From positions 25,547-89,546 of the forward strand of contig DATJTJ010000130.1 in assembly GCA_035503515.1 (NCBI GenBank): DNA of 64,000 nt. The letters are read 5' to 3'. Position numbers and translations under genes: made by a program. Under the pieces are notes generated by a model. That model did no database searches, was not told the origin of the DNA, and saw only the letters and a list, made by a program, of their open reading frames with translations. This document shows, piece after piece, positions 12,040-21,772 of the stretch. This DNA is from Steroidobacteraceae bacterium. Its GTDB lineage: Bacteria; Pseudomonadota; Gammaproteobacteria; Steroidobacterales; Steroidobacteraceae. Each line of letters opens with the position of its first letter. Position 1 is the stretch's first letter.

Positions 12040-13943
12040 TGCGGGGACAGGAACAGTACGCCCAGCGGCGGCAGGGTGAGCGTCAGGGAGTGTGGCCGGC
12101 CATGAGTGCCATGATCATCGGCCTGGACCATGCCCGCATTGCCCTGGCCGCTGCCGCCGTACACCGTGGCGTCGCTGTTCAGCCGTTCGCGCCACAGGCC
12201 CGCGCGCGGCACGCCCACACGGTAGTCGTAGCGCACGACCGGCGTGAAATTGCAGATCACCAGCATCACCGTGCCGCTGGTGCGGTCCTTGCGCAGGAAC
12301 GACAGCACGCTCGAATCGGCATCGTTGCAATCCACCCACTCGAAGCCCTCGGCGGTGAAGTCCTGCTCGAACAGCGCCGGAGCGTCCCGATACAGCAGGT
12401 TGAGGTCGCGGACCCAGCGTTGCACGCCCGCGTGCAGCGGGTACTGCGTGACGTGCCATTCGAGGCTGCTGTCGTGCTGCCATTCGCGCTTCTGGCCGAA
12501 TTCGCAGCCCATGAAGAGCAGCTTCTTGCCCGGATGGCCCCACATGTAGCCGAACAGCAGCCGCAGGTTGGCGAACTGCTGCCATTCATCGCCGGGCATC
12601 TTGCCGATCAGCGAGCCCTTGCCATGCACCACCTCATCGTGGGACAGCGCCAGCACGAAGTTCTCGGTGAACGCATACCAGATGGAGAAGGTGATCTGGT
12701 TGAAATGGTGCCGTCGGAACAGCGGATCGGTCTGGAAGAACTTGAGCGTGTCGTGCATCCAGCCCATGTTCCACTTCAATCCGAATCCCAGCCCGCCGAG
12801 GTATACGGGGCGCGACACCTGTGGCCAGGCGGTGGATTCCTCGGCGATGGTCTGGGTGCCGGGGTGATCCCGGTAGATGGCCTCGTTGAGGGACTTGAGG
12901 AAATCGCGGGCACCCAGGTTTTCGTGGCCGCCGAAGCGGTTGGGTACCCACTCTCCGGCCTTGCGACCGTAGTCGAGGTAGAGCATCGAGGCCACCGCGT
13001 CCACTCGCAGTGCGTCGGCGCGGTAGACCTGCAGCCAGTACAGCGCGTTGCTGCCGAGGAAATTGCGGACCTCCGCGCGGCCGTAGTTGAAGATGGAGCT
13101 GTTCCATTCCGGGTGGTAGCCCTGGCGAGGGTCGGCGTGCTCGTACAGATGGGTGCCGTCGAAGAAGGACAGGCCATGCTGGTCGCTCGGAAAATGCGAC
13201 GGCACCCAATCCAGGATCACGCCGATGCCCCTGGCGTGCAGGTGATCCACCAGGTACATGAAATCCTGCGGCGTCCCGTAGCGGGAGGAGGGCGCGAAGT
13301 AGCCGGTGATCTGGTAGCCCCAGGAACCGAAGAACGGATGCTCCATGACGGGCATCAGCTCGACATGCGTGAAGCCCATCCAGGCCACGTAGTCGGCCAG
13401 CTCGTGCGCGATCTCGCGGTAGTTGAGCGAGCGGTTGCCGTCCTCCGGCACTCGCTTCCAGGAACCCAGGTGGACCTCGTAGATCGACCAGGGCGCATCC
13501 AGCGCGTTCACCCGGCCACAGTCACGCTGCCACTCGATGTCGTTCCAGGCGTACGCATTGTCCCAGACCACCGCCCCGGTCCGGGGCGGCTCCTCGCAGC
13601 GCAGCGCATAGGGGTCGCTTTTTTCCACCGCGTACCCGCCGTAGCGGGAGCGCACGAAATACTTGTAGACGCTGCCGGGGCCCAGGTCCGGGATGAACAG
13701 CTCCCAGATGCCGGAATGATCCTGGCGCGGTGCCATCGGATGGCTGTCGTGGTCCCAGCCGTTGAAGTCGCCGATGACGTGCACCGCTGCGGCATTCGGC
13801 GCCCAGACGGCGAAGCGCGTACCCTGGGTACCGCCGACGCTGTCCGGATGCGCCCCGAGCTTGTCGTAGGCGCGGAAGAACGTGCCTTCCCGGAAATGGT
13901 ATATGTCGGTATCGGTGAGTTCGCTCATGGGGCCATCGTACAC
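12036..13943 (-). CDS. glgB: 1,4-alpha-glucan branching enzyme (short form, 635 aa)
   Basis: [41 protein letters not shown] and [10 protein letters not shown]. Confidence 0.9.
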   Translation of the reverse strand: MYDGPMSELTDTDIYHFREGTFFRAYDKLGAHPDSVGGTQGTRFAVWAPNAAAVHVIGDFNGWDHDSHPMAPRQDHSGIWELFIPDLGPGSVYKYFVRSRYGGYAVEKSDPYALRCEEPPRTGAVVWDNAYAWNDIEWQRDCGRVNALDAPWSIYEVHLGSWKRVPEDGNRSLNYREIAHELADYVAWMGFTHVELMPVMEHPFFGSWGYQITGYFAPSSRYGTPQDFMYLVDHLHARGIGVILDWVPSHFPSDQHGLSFFDGTHLYEHADPRQGYHPEWNSSIFNYGRAEVRNFLGSNALYWLQVYRADALRVDAVASMLYLDYGRKAGEWVPNRFGGHENLGARDFLKSLNEAIYRDHPGTQTIAEESTAWPQVSRPVYLGGLGFGLKWNMGWMHDTLKFFQTDPLFRRHHFNQITFSIWYAFTENFVLALSHDEVVHGKGSLIGKMPGDEWQQFANLRLLFGYMWGHPGKKLLFMGCEFGQKREWQHDSSLEWHVTQYPLHAGVQRWVRDLNLLYRDAPALFEQDFTAEGFEWVDCNDADSSVLSFLRKDRTSGTVMLVICNFTPVVRYDYRVGVPRAGLWRERLNSDATVYGGSGQGNAGMVQADDHGTHGRPHSLTLTLPPLGVLFLSPQ

Positions 13944-13992
13944 TTTTGAGTCCTGCTTGTTCCGCCGTCGGGCAATCGATTAATGTCGGAAA

Positions 13993-15090
13993 ATGATGAC
14001 TGAAAGCACCGATACCGGGCAGACCGTCGAACCGCGGGCGCTGGTGCCGATCATCATCGGCCATCGGGGGGCGAGCGGGTACGTTCCGGAACACACGCTG
14101 GCGTCCTATTTCCTGGCCATCCAGCAGGGCGCGGATTTCATCGAGCCTGACCTCGTCAGCACTCGCGATCGCGTGCTGGTGGCCCGTCACGAAAATGAAA
14201 TCGGCGGCACCACGGACGTGGCGTCGCATCCGCAATTTGCGGATCGCCGTACCACCCGGGTGGTCGATGGTGTCAGCATCGAAGGCTGGTTCATCGAGGA
14301 TTTCACGCTCGCCGAGCTCAAGACACTGCGCGCCCGCGAACGCATTGCCGACCTGCGGCCTGCCAACGCAAGGTTCGACGGACAGTTCGAGATCCCCACC
14401 CTGGATGAAATCCTCGACCTGGTGCACGGCGCCGACGTAGTACGCGCGCACGCGGCCCGGCTGCGGCACGAACCTCCGCCGCTGCGCATCGGCGTCTATC
14501 CGGAAACCAAGCACCCGACCTACTTCTCCGGGATCGGACTGGCACTCGAAGAGCCGCTGCTGGAAACCCTCGAACGGCACGGGTTCGCGCACCCGGACGC
14601 GCCGGTCTTCATCCAGTCGTTTGAGACCGCCAATCTGCGGATGCTGCGCTCGATGACCCAGCTGCCCCTGGTGCAGCTGGTGGCCGCCACCGGCGCCCCC
14701 TACGACTGGGTGCTCGCGGGCGACCCGCGCAACTACGCCGGCATGATCACGCGCCGGGGTCTGAAGCAGGTTGCCGACTATGCGGATGCGATCGGGGTCG
14801 AAAAAACGCTGGTGATCCCGCGTTCCGCGCAGGGTGCGCTGGGAGCACCGACGGGGTTGATCGACGATGCCCACGCCGAGGAACTGCTGGTGCATGCCTG
14901 GACGTTCCGCGCGGAAAACCACTTCCTGCCGCCGGCCGCGCGCTCGGGGACGGAGCCCGCCGCCCTCGGTGATCTTGCCCTGGAACTCGTTCCGTATCTG
15001 AAGGCCGGCCTGGATGGCGTTTTCATCGACCAGCCGGTGCTCGGCGTGCGCACCCGCGACGCGCTGCTCCGGGACAGCGGGGAGGACTAG
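13993..15090 (+). CDS. glpQ: Glycerophosphodiester phosphodiesterase
   Basis: IIGHRGASGYVPEHTL and FIEPDLVSTRD (GDPD domain). Its stop overlaps the convergent gene's stop inside a CTAG. Confidence 0.85.
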   Translation: MMTESTDTGQTVEPRALVPIIIGHRGASGYVPEHTLASYFLAIQQGADFIEPDLVSTRDRVLVARHENEIGGTTDVASHPQFADRRTTRVVDGVSIEGWFIEDFTLAELKTLRARERIADLRPANARFDGQFEIPTLDEILDLVHGADVVRAHAARLRHEPPPLRIGVYPETKHPTYFSGIGLALEEPLLETLERHGFAHPDAPVFIQSFETANLRMLRSMTQLPLVQLVAATGAPYDWVLAGDPRNYAGMITRRGLKQVADYADAIGVEKTLVIPRSAQGALGAPTGLIDDAHAEELLVHAWTFRAENHFLPPAARSGTEPAALGDLALELVPYLKAGLDGVFIDQPVLGVRTRDALLRDSGED

Positions 15091-17852
15091 GGCCGACGTC
15101 GCGCCTTGGCGCCGACGAACAGCAGTGAGCCATCGCCCGCACGGGTGCCCTGGGCCGCCTGGTCAGCCGGCGCCTGCAGCAGCGTGCGGGCGCGGGCGGC
15201 TGCGGTTTCCGCCGTCTGTGCGGTCAGCTGCATTTCCACGGGCGCCGCCAGCAGGAATCCCTGCACCGTGATCGGGCCGCACTGGCCCAGCAGTACCAGC
15301 TGCCCCGGGCGCTCCACGCCCTCGGCGACGACCTCCAGACCCAGGCCATGGCACAGCGCGATGACCGAGCGGGCGATGGCGGCGGAGCGCGGATTGTGAT
15401 CGATTTCCTCGATCAGCGTGCGGTCCAGCTTGACGCGGTTGATCGGCAATTGCGCCAGCGACGCAAGCGAGGAGTAACCGGTTCCGAAATCATCCAGCGC
15501 GACCGCCACATCGAGGGCCCGCAGTCGCTGCAGGGCCGCCAGTGTCGCCGGCGCCGTCTGGATGACCGTCTCGGTGATCTCGATTTCCAGCGCATCTCCG
15601 GGCAGTCCGGTGACGGACAACGCCTCGATGACGTGGTCCACGAAACTGCCATCCAGCAGCTGCATGGCCGAGACGTTGATGGCCACGCTGGCGTTGTGCC
15701 AGCCCATCGCGCGCCAGGCCTTCACGGTGGCCGTGGCCGAGCGCAGCGCCCAGGTGGTCAGCTCGCGCATGAGGCCGGTGGCTTCGGCGATCTCGATGAA
15801 CTCGCTGGCACTGGCGATCCGGCCATCCCCCTTGCGCCAGCGCAGCAGGGCCTCCACACCGGCGGGCTCCAGCGTGTGCAGCGCGATCTGGGGCTGGTAC
15901 ATGAGCAGCAGGTCGCCGTCCTCCACCGCGCGTCGCAAGGCCTGCTCGAGGCGGAACCGGTGGGCGGCCAGATCGTAGAGTTCCGGGGTGTACATGGCGA
16001 AGCGGTTGCGGCCTAGGTCCTTGGCGTGGAACAGCGCCACGTCCGCCGTGCGCAGCAGCGCATCGGCGTCGCGGGCATGGTCCGGGTACAGTGTCGCGCC
16101 GATGCTGGCGCTGGTGGAGAGCTGGCGGCCATCCACCAGCAGCGGCTTCTGCAACGCCTCGATGACCTTCGCGGCCTGTTCACAGACGTGCTCCGCGCTC
16201 ACGGCGTCCTCGATCAGCACCGTGAATTCGTCACCCCCCAGGCGCGCAATGAAGGCCGACGGCTCGAGGGCCTCCCGCAGGCGCAGGCCCACCAGCTGCA
16301 GCACGCGGTCGCCGAACTTGTGGCCGAGGGTGTCGTTGACGGATTTGAAATTGTCCAGGTCCACGAACAGCAGCGCGCAGCGGCGCTCGGCGTGCGCCGC
16401 CATGGCGAGGGCGGCGGCCAGCCGCGCGGTCAGCTGGCGGCGGTTGGGCAGTTCGGTCAGCGGGTCGTGATGCGCCAGGTGGTGCAGCGCCCGGGTGCGA
16501 TCCTCGACGTTCTGCTCGAGCACCGCCTGGTGTGCCCGCAGATCCGCTTCGGCGTCGCTGATCTTCGCCGCCATGGCATTGAAGGCTTCGGCGAGCTCGG
16601 CGATCTCGGCGGAGCCGCCGCCGCGGGCGCTCACGTCGCGCTCGCCCGCGGTCAGCCGGCGGGTCGCGACCATGAGCCTGCGGACCGGAAGCGATATGCG
16701 CAGCGCCAGCAGCAGTGACACCAGCAGCACCACGACCACGACGGCGATGCCCGTCGAAACGAGCGCCCGCTGGGCGTTGGTTGCGGCCTGCGCGGCCCGC
16801 TGAGCCGCCGCCGAGAGCGCTTGCCGCGCCGGCTCCTGCAGCAGCGTCTGTGCGTCGCTGATCAGCCCGCTGCCCGCGCTCAGGAAATCGTGGCGGTCGC
16901 GGGCGTTGCTCGCATCGAAGCGATTGACCTGGTTGCGCAGGCTCACCGAGCGGTTGAAGTCCTCGCGCACGATCTCCATCCAGGCGGCGCCCGGCGAGTG
17001 CATGAGTTCGGCATCGTTGCGATCCAGCGTCGCCGCAAATTCATGTTCGGCGCGCGCTGCGGCATCGCCCAGGTCGGCGACCGAGCGCAGCCCCGCGGCC
17101 GCCTGCGACAACTCCATGAGCGACTTGCGGGCGACGACGACCGCCGTGTCGTTGATCGCAAGACCGGCGCCGCCGGCCCGGGTGATGCGCCGGCCCTCGG
17201 CTTCCAGCAGTTCGTGCCGCTCCCGCAGCCACTGCTGCCGTGCGCCTGAGCTGCCGGCGAGCGTGCGACCGGCCGCGACGTGGGCGGCGATCCGCTGTTC
17301 GAGCAATTGCTGGTTGCGGGCCTCGGGCGGGACTGAGGCGCCCCGGGGCATGCGTTCAAACCACACGGTGAGCGCGTCGTTCAGGTCGCCGGCCGCGGCA
17401 TCGAGCGCGGCCTGCACCGAATGCTGTGCTTCGACCGAGGTCGTTTCGGAGCCGAGCGATTCTTCCACGGCGCGGTCGAATGCGGCCAGCTTCTCGATGA
17501 TGGCGCCGGCGAGGCGCGCCTGCGGTTCATAGCGCAGTTGCAGGGAGCGTACCGCCTGGGCTGCGGTGTGAGTGATGTTGTCGGCAACCAGCTGACCGAC
17601 CAGCACCACGAACGCGACGGCCGCCAGCCCGAGCGCCAGGTGTGCACCGATGCCCAGCCGCCAGCGGCGGCGCGGGATAGCGGGGTCGGAAGCCGTTTCA
17701 GAAGCCGACTGCACTGTTTGTGTTCCGCAGCATGAGACATAAGCCCGGATCCGGAGATTCCAGGAATCATGCGAACGGGGCCGATGTTGCCCCCCTGGCG
17801 GTGCGGCGTCCGTGGCGGGTTTCGCAAAAGCGACGTGCGTAAGCGCCGCCAT
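15087..17852 (-). CDS. Membrane sensor with HAMP, GGDEF and EAL domains (c-di-GMP turnover)
   Basis: TM segment LGIGAHLALGLAAVAFVVLVG. HAMP region around LPVRRLMVATRRL. GGDEF region RLGGDEFTVLI. EAL region VEALLRW...DDFGTGYSSL. The start is uncertain: ATG at 17852, or GTG near 17714. Confidence 0.8.
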   Translation of the reverse strand: MAALTHVAFAKPATDAAPPGGQHRPRSHDSWNLRIRAYVSCCGTQTVQSASETASDPAIPRRRWRLGIGAHLALGLAAVAFVVLVGQLVADNITHTAAQAVRSLQLRYEPQARLAGAIIEKLAAFDRAVEESLGSETTSVEAQHSVQAALDAAAGDLNDALTVWFERMPRGASVPPEARNQQLLEQRIAAHVAAGRTLAGSSGARQQWLRERHELLEAEGRRITRAGGAGLAINDTAVVVARKSLMELSQAAAGLRSVADLGDAAARAEHEFAATLDRNDAELMHSPGAAWMEIVREDFNRSVSLRNQVNRFDASNARDRHDFLSAGSGLISDAQTLLQEPARQALSAAAQRAAQAATNAQRALVSTGIAVVVVVLLVSLLLALRISLPVRRLMVATRRLTAGERDVSARGGGSAEIAELAEAFNAMAAKISDAEADLRAHQAVLEQNVEDRTRALHHLAHHDPLTELPNRRQLTARLAAALAMAAHAERRCALLFVDLDNFKSVNDTLGHKFGDRVLQLVGLRLREALEPSAFIARLGGDEFTVLIEDAVSAEHVCEQAAKVIEALQKPLLVDGRQLSTSASIGATLYPDHARDADALLRTADVALFHAKDLGRNRFAMYTPELYDLAAHRFRLEQALRRAVEDGDLLLMYQPQIALHTLEPAGVEALLRWRKGDGRIASASEFIEIAEATGLMRELTTWALRSATATVKAWRAMGWHNASVAINVSAMQLLDGSFVDHVIEALSVTGLPGDALEIEITETVIQTAPATLAALQRLRALDVAVALDDFGTGYSSLASLAQLPINRVKLDRTLIEEIDHNPRSAAIARSVIALCHGLGLEVVAEGVERPGQLVLLGQCGPITVQGFLLAAPVEMQLTAQTAETAAARARTLLQAPADQAAQGTRAGDGSLLFVGAKARRRP

Positions 17853-17917
17853 GGCGTCAAAAGCGCGGTTTTGGGGCTTTGGCGGATCCTTTGGCCAGTT
17901 GCTCTATACTGACCGCC

Positions 17918-18217
17918 ATGACTGAACTTGCGGATACGTTTGACTCGGCTTTTGCCAAGGCCGTGGACCTTGGCAACCGACTGGCAGACAAGGATAAAGA
18001 CGCGGACCTGTGGGATATCGCCGATGGGCTCCTGGCCGGGGCCCTGCAGTACTGGCTGTATTCCCGCCAACCCTGTGGCGATCCCCGTTGCCAGGACTGC
18101 ATGCCCATCAGCACCGCCGAAGGCCGGATGGCGGAACTGAAGCGCCTCGTGGACCAGCTGGCGGCGGAAAGCGAATACTTCCATACACCCACGGACGCGA
18201 ACGCCGGGCGCGCCTGA
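17918..18217 (+). CDS. Small conserved hypothetical protein (about 99 aa; possibly DUF3144-like)
   Basis: MTELADTFDSAFAKAVDLGNRLA... with coding-like codon usage. It ends 14 nt upstream of the reductase gene. The family guess is from memory only. Confidence 0.4.
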   Translation: MTELADTFDSAFAKAVDLGNRLADKDKDADLWDIADGLLAGALQYWLYSRQPCGDPRCQDCMPISTAEGRMAELKRLVDQLAAESEYFHTPTDANAGRA

Positions 18218-18231
18218 AGCGCCGCCACCGC

Positions 18232-19290
18232 ATGAATTTGCCTGCGGCCACGCAATCCAGGGAGGCTGAGCCCGGCTCGTCGGTGGCCATCATCGGCGCC
18301 GGTCCCTGCGGCCTGTTCCAGGTGTTCGAACTCGGGCTGCTGGGGATCCAGGCACACGTGTTCGATTCGCTGAAGGTGGTCGGCGGGCAGTGCGCCGAGC
18401 TTTACCCCGACAAGCCCATCTACGACATTCCGGCGCTGCCCGTCTGCGGTGCCCAGGAACTGGTGGACCGGCTGAAGCAGCAGATCCAGCCGTTCAATCC
18501 GAAGTTTCATCTCGGCGCCGAGGTCACCTCGCTGTCGCAGGACGCGGCCGGACACTTCAGGGTGGGCACGGCCATCGGCACCGAAGTGACGGTCGGTGCG
18601 GTGGTGATCGCGGCCGGCCTCGGTGCCTTCCAGCCACGGCGCCTCGGGGTGCCTGGCGCCGAGGCCTTCGAGGGCGGCCCGATCCAGTACCGGGTGCGCG
18701 ATGCCCAGCAGCTGGCCGGCAAGCGCATCGTGGTGTTCGGCGGGGGCGACTCCGCGCTGGACTGGACGGTGGCCCTGGCGCCCGCGGCGCAATCCCTCAC
18801 CCTGGTACACCGCCGGGAGCATTTCCGGGCGGCGCCCGCGACCGTGGCCCGGATGCGGGAACTGCAATCGGCGGGGCGTGTCGAACATCTCGAAGGACTG
18901 GCCGAGTCACTGCTGATCGATGACGCCACCCTGCGCGGCGTACGCGTCAAGGGTAACGACGGCACCGTTCATGATCTGCCCGCCGATCAGGTCCTGGTGT
19001 TCTTCGGGCTGCATCCCAAGCTCGGCCCCATCGCCGAGTGGGGACTGGCCCTGGAACGCAAGGCGCTGGTGGTGGACACCGAGAAGTTCCAGACCAGCAT
19101 CCCGGGCATTTTCGCGGTGGGTGACATCAATACGTATCCTGGGAAGAAGAAGCTGATCCTGTCGGGATTCCACGAGGCGGCCCTCGCGGCATTCGGCATC
19201 CAGCACCACCTGTTTCCGCAGAAAAAACAATTCCTGCAGTACACGACCACCAGTCCCATCATGCACCGGCGCCTGGGTGTTCCGGATTAG
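18232..19290 (+). CDS. Ferredoxin-NADP+ reductase, thioredoxin-reductase-like type
   Basis: Start MNLPAAT, residue 75 of track ORF 18010..19290. Motifs VAIIGAGPCGL, GGGDSALDW and IFAVGDI. No CxxC redox pair. Confidence 0.85.
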   Translation: MNLPAATQSREAEPGSSVAIIGAGPCGLFQVFELGLLGIQAHVFDSLKVVGGQCAELYPDKPIYDIPALPVCGAQELVDRLKQQIQPFNPKFHLGAEVTSLSQDAAGHFRVGTAIGTEVTVGAVVIAAGLGAFQPRRLGVPGAEAFEGGPIQYRVRDAQQLAGKRIVVFGGGDSALDWTVALAPAAQSLTLVHRREHFRAAPATVARMRELQSAGRVEHLEGLAESLLIDDATLRGVRVKGNDGTVHDLPADQVLVFFGLHPKLGPIAEWGLALERKALVVDTEKFQTSIPGIFAVGDINTYPGKKKLILSGFHEAALAAFGIQHHLFPQKKQFLQYTTTSPIMHRRLGVPD

Positions 19291-19393
19291 CCCGCGCTTG
19301 CGCAGGCCGCGTGCGCCAGACAGCCGGCTCATGCAAAATACGGTCCCATTGTGCCCGACCCCCATTGTTCCGTTCCCGTTAAGGAGTTATCCG

Positions 19394-19867
19394 ATGATCC
19401 GTAGACACTCTGTTCTGGCCGCGCTGGCGATTGCCGCCGTTTTTTTGGGCGGAGGCACCCACGCCGCATTCGCAGCCGACAAGGTCTGCAAGCTTGAGAT
19501 ATCCGCCAACGACGCGATGCAGTACGACAAGAAGGAACTGAGTGTTCCCGGGGACTGCACCCAGGTTCAGCTGACCCTCACGCACACGGGCAAACTGCCC
19601 GCCGCCGCCATGGGCCACAACTGGGTCCTGGTGAAGACCGCCGATGTGACGACCGTGGCCAATGCCGGCATGAGCGCGGGTCTTGCAAACAATTACCTGA
19701 CCCCGAACGACCCGCACGTGATCGCTGCGACCAAGATCATCGGCGGTGGCCAGAGCACCACGGTGACGTTCCCCACGTCGAAACTCACCAAGGGCGGTGA
19801 CTACACCTACATCTGCACCTTCCCCGGTCACTACGTGATCATGAAGGGCACCTTCAAGTTCGGCTGA
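19394..19867 (+). CDS. azu: Azurin (blue copper protein) precursor
   Basis: AAGGAG sits 8 nt upstream of the ATG. Signal peptide present. Copper ligands in MGHNWV and CTFPGHYVIMKG. Disulfide Cys pair CKLE...GDC. Confidence 0.92.
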   Translation: MIRRHSVLAALAIAAVFLGGGTHAAFAADKVCKLEISANDAMQYDKKELSVPGDCTQVQLTLTHTGKLPAAAMGHNWVLVKTADVTTVANAGMSAGLANNYLTPNDPHVIAATKIIGGGQSTTVTFPTSKLTKGGDYTYICTFPGHYVIMKGTFKFG

Positions 19868-19892
19868 TCGCAGCCTCAGGGCAGGTGCGCCG

Positions 19893-20759
19893 GTGGACCA
19901 GCGGATTGCTGATCTGATCGCACTCCTGGACCTCGAGATGCTCGAGGTCAACCTGTTTCGCGGCGAAAGCCGCGACATAGGCAGTCCACAGGTGTTCGGG
20001 GGCCAGGTGCTCGGCCAGGCCCTCAACGCCGCCTCGCGCACCGTGACCGGCCGGATGGTGCATTCGCTGCACGCCTACTTCCTGCGACGCGGCGACTTCA
20101 ATGCGCCGATCATCTACCAGGTCGACCGCAGCCGCGACGGTCGCAGTTTTTCCAATCGCCGCGTGATCGCGATCCAGCATGGCGAGCAGATCTTCAACAT
20201 GGCCTGTTCGTTCCAGAGCACCGAGGAGGGTCTGGAGCATCAGGTGGCGATGCCGCAGGTGCCGCCGCCGGAGCGCCTGACGGACACCTCGCGGGTGGCT
20301 CCCGAGCATCTGGAAAAGCTGCCTGAGCGGGTGCGGCGCGTGCTGGCGATACCGAGGCCGTTCGAGTTCCGTGCGGTGGGGTCACCGGATTCGCGGCGGG
20401 GCCCGGGGTCTGCCACCTCGCGACAGGTCTGGTTCCGCGCGGTGGCGCCCGTGCCCGCCGACCAGACGCTGCAGCGTTGCCTGCTGGCATACGTATCGGA
20501 TTTCAATCTGCTGGAGACCGCGACACTGCCCCACGGCATCTCGCACCTGAGCGGCAAGGCGCAGGTCGCCAGCATCGACCACGCCATGTGGTTCCATCGC
20601 CCGCTGCGCGTGGACGAGTGGCTGCTGCATGCCGTGGAAAGCCCCAGCGCCTCCGGTGCCCGGGGGTTCGCGCGCGCCAACGTCTTTGCACGTGATGGGA
20701 CGCTGGTGGCCAGCACTGCGCAGGAAGGCCTGATACGGCTCACGCAACACAAAGAATGA
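19893..20759 (+). CDS. tesB: Acyl-CoA thioesterase II
   Basis: GTG start. Motifs LFRGESRDIGSPQVFGGQVLGQAL and HSLHAYFLRRGD (double hotdog). Confidence 0.88.
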   Translation: MDQRIADLIALLDLEMLEVNLFRGESRDIGSPQVFGGQVLGQALNAASRTVTGRMVHSLHAYFLRRGDFNAPIIYQVDRSRDGRSFSNRRVIAIQHGEQIFNMACSFQSTEEGLEHQVAMPQVPPPERLTDTSRVAPEHLEKLPERVRRVLAIPRPFEFRAVGSPDSRRGPGSATSRQVWFRAVAPVPADQTLQRCLLAYVSDFNLLETATLPHGISHLSGKAQVASIDHAMWFHRPLRVDEWLLHAVESPSASGARGFARANVFARDGTLVASTAQEGLIRLTQHKE

Positions 20760-21772
20760 GCCGTGGCCGCGCATGCGCCGCACTGGGCGCATGCCTGGGG
20801 CTGTGGCTGACCTTGAACCGGCCTGCGGCCGCCGCCGCCGAAATCACGCCCGAAATCGCCGAACTGGTGCGGTTGTGGTCCGGCGTCCACGACACCGCGC
20901 TGCAGGTGATCCTGGACAGTCATACACCGCAGGTCGCGGCGCAGGATGCGACGCGCCTGCGCACGGTGATCGAACCCGTCGATCTGCCGTGGCTCGGGCC
21001 TGCGGTGCTGTACCTGGAGGAGAGTCTGCACGACGTACCGGGGGCGCCGCGTCGCCAGGTGCTGCTGAGGCTTTCCCTTGATTCGCAGCTGCGGACCGCG
21101 CGCATCCGCATCCGTCAGTACACCTTCAGTGCGCCCGCCCAGTGGCGCGGCCTGTACGCCGATCACGCGGCGCAACTGGCGCTGCGTCGCTCGGACATCG
21201 ACACCATGGCCGGGTGTGACCTGCTGTTGAGCCGCGCCGGCGATGAGTTCCACGGCGGAACACTGGGTCGCGGTTGCGTCTCGCCACCCGCGGCGCCGCA
21301 GCGCTACGTGGACTATCGTCTGCAGGTCGGCGCCGGAGTGTACTGGTTTCGCACCCGGCAGTTCCGGTTCCAGGATGACGCGCTGGTCCAGGAAAGCGCC
21401 GGTTACGACTGGCCGGAACTGCACCTGGCGCGCCTCTACAGCTGCCGGATCCGCTGGTCGGCGACGGGCCGCCCTGCGGACCTGTCGCCGCTGCTGAGCC
21501 TGGATATTGCCGATCACGGCGGCCGCGCGGATTTTTCCTTGCCCGACGGCCGCAGGCTGCGGCTGACCCTGCACGGTGACGACTGGCCCTTCGATGCCAG
21601 CAACAACGCACTCATCCTGATCCTGCAGGATCTGGCGGCCGGGGGTGAGACGGTGCGCAGCTGGACGGCCGCGGATGCATTGCAGATCGTGGCGTCCATG
21701 AAGTCCATGGACGCCCGCTGCGGTCCTATCGTACCGCCAGCGATGCCAGCGCCTGCAGCAATGTGGCGTTGA
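20756..21772 (+). CDS. Exported protein with an N-terminal CpcT/CpeT-like (bilin-lyase-fold, DUF1001) region
   Basis: Signal peptide MSRGRACAALGACLGLWLTL. Pattern VLYLEESL...PRRQVLLRL...IRIRQYTF...GCDLLL...FHGGT...GC resembles the CpcT family signature. Assignment is by eye only. Confidence 0.5.
   Translation: MSRGRACAALGACLGLWLTLNRPAAAAAEITPEIAELVRLWSGVHDTALQVILDSHTPQVAAQDATRLRTVIEPVDLPWLGPAVLYLEESLHDVPGAPRRQVLLRLSLDSQLRTARIRIRQYTFSAPAQWRGLYADHAAQLALRRSDIDTMAGCDLLLSRAGDEFHGGTLGRGCVSPPAAPQRYVDYRLQVGAGVYWFRTRQFRFQDDALVQESAGYDWPELHLARLYSCRIRWSATGRPADLSPLLSLDIADHGGRADFSLPDGRRLRLTLHGDDWPFDASNNALILILQDLAAGGETVRSWTAADALQIVASMKSMDARCGPIVPPAMPAPAAMWR

Noticed and set aside
13522-14922. 466-aa ORF on the minus strand
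   Set aside because: It is antisense to glpQ and the start of glgB, both of which have clear family motifs. Its composition is Arg/Gly/Pro-rich nonsense.
19868-19892. Hairpin GGCTG-ATCG-CAGCC after azurin as a terminator
   Set aside because: It has only a 5-bp stem that overlaps the stop codon, and no U-tract. tesB starts 25 nt later, so read-through is as likely.
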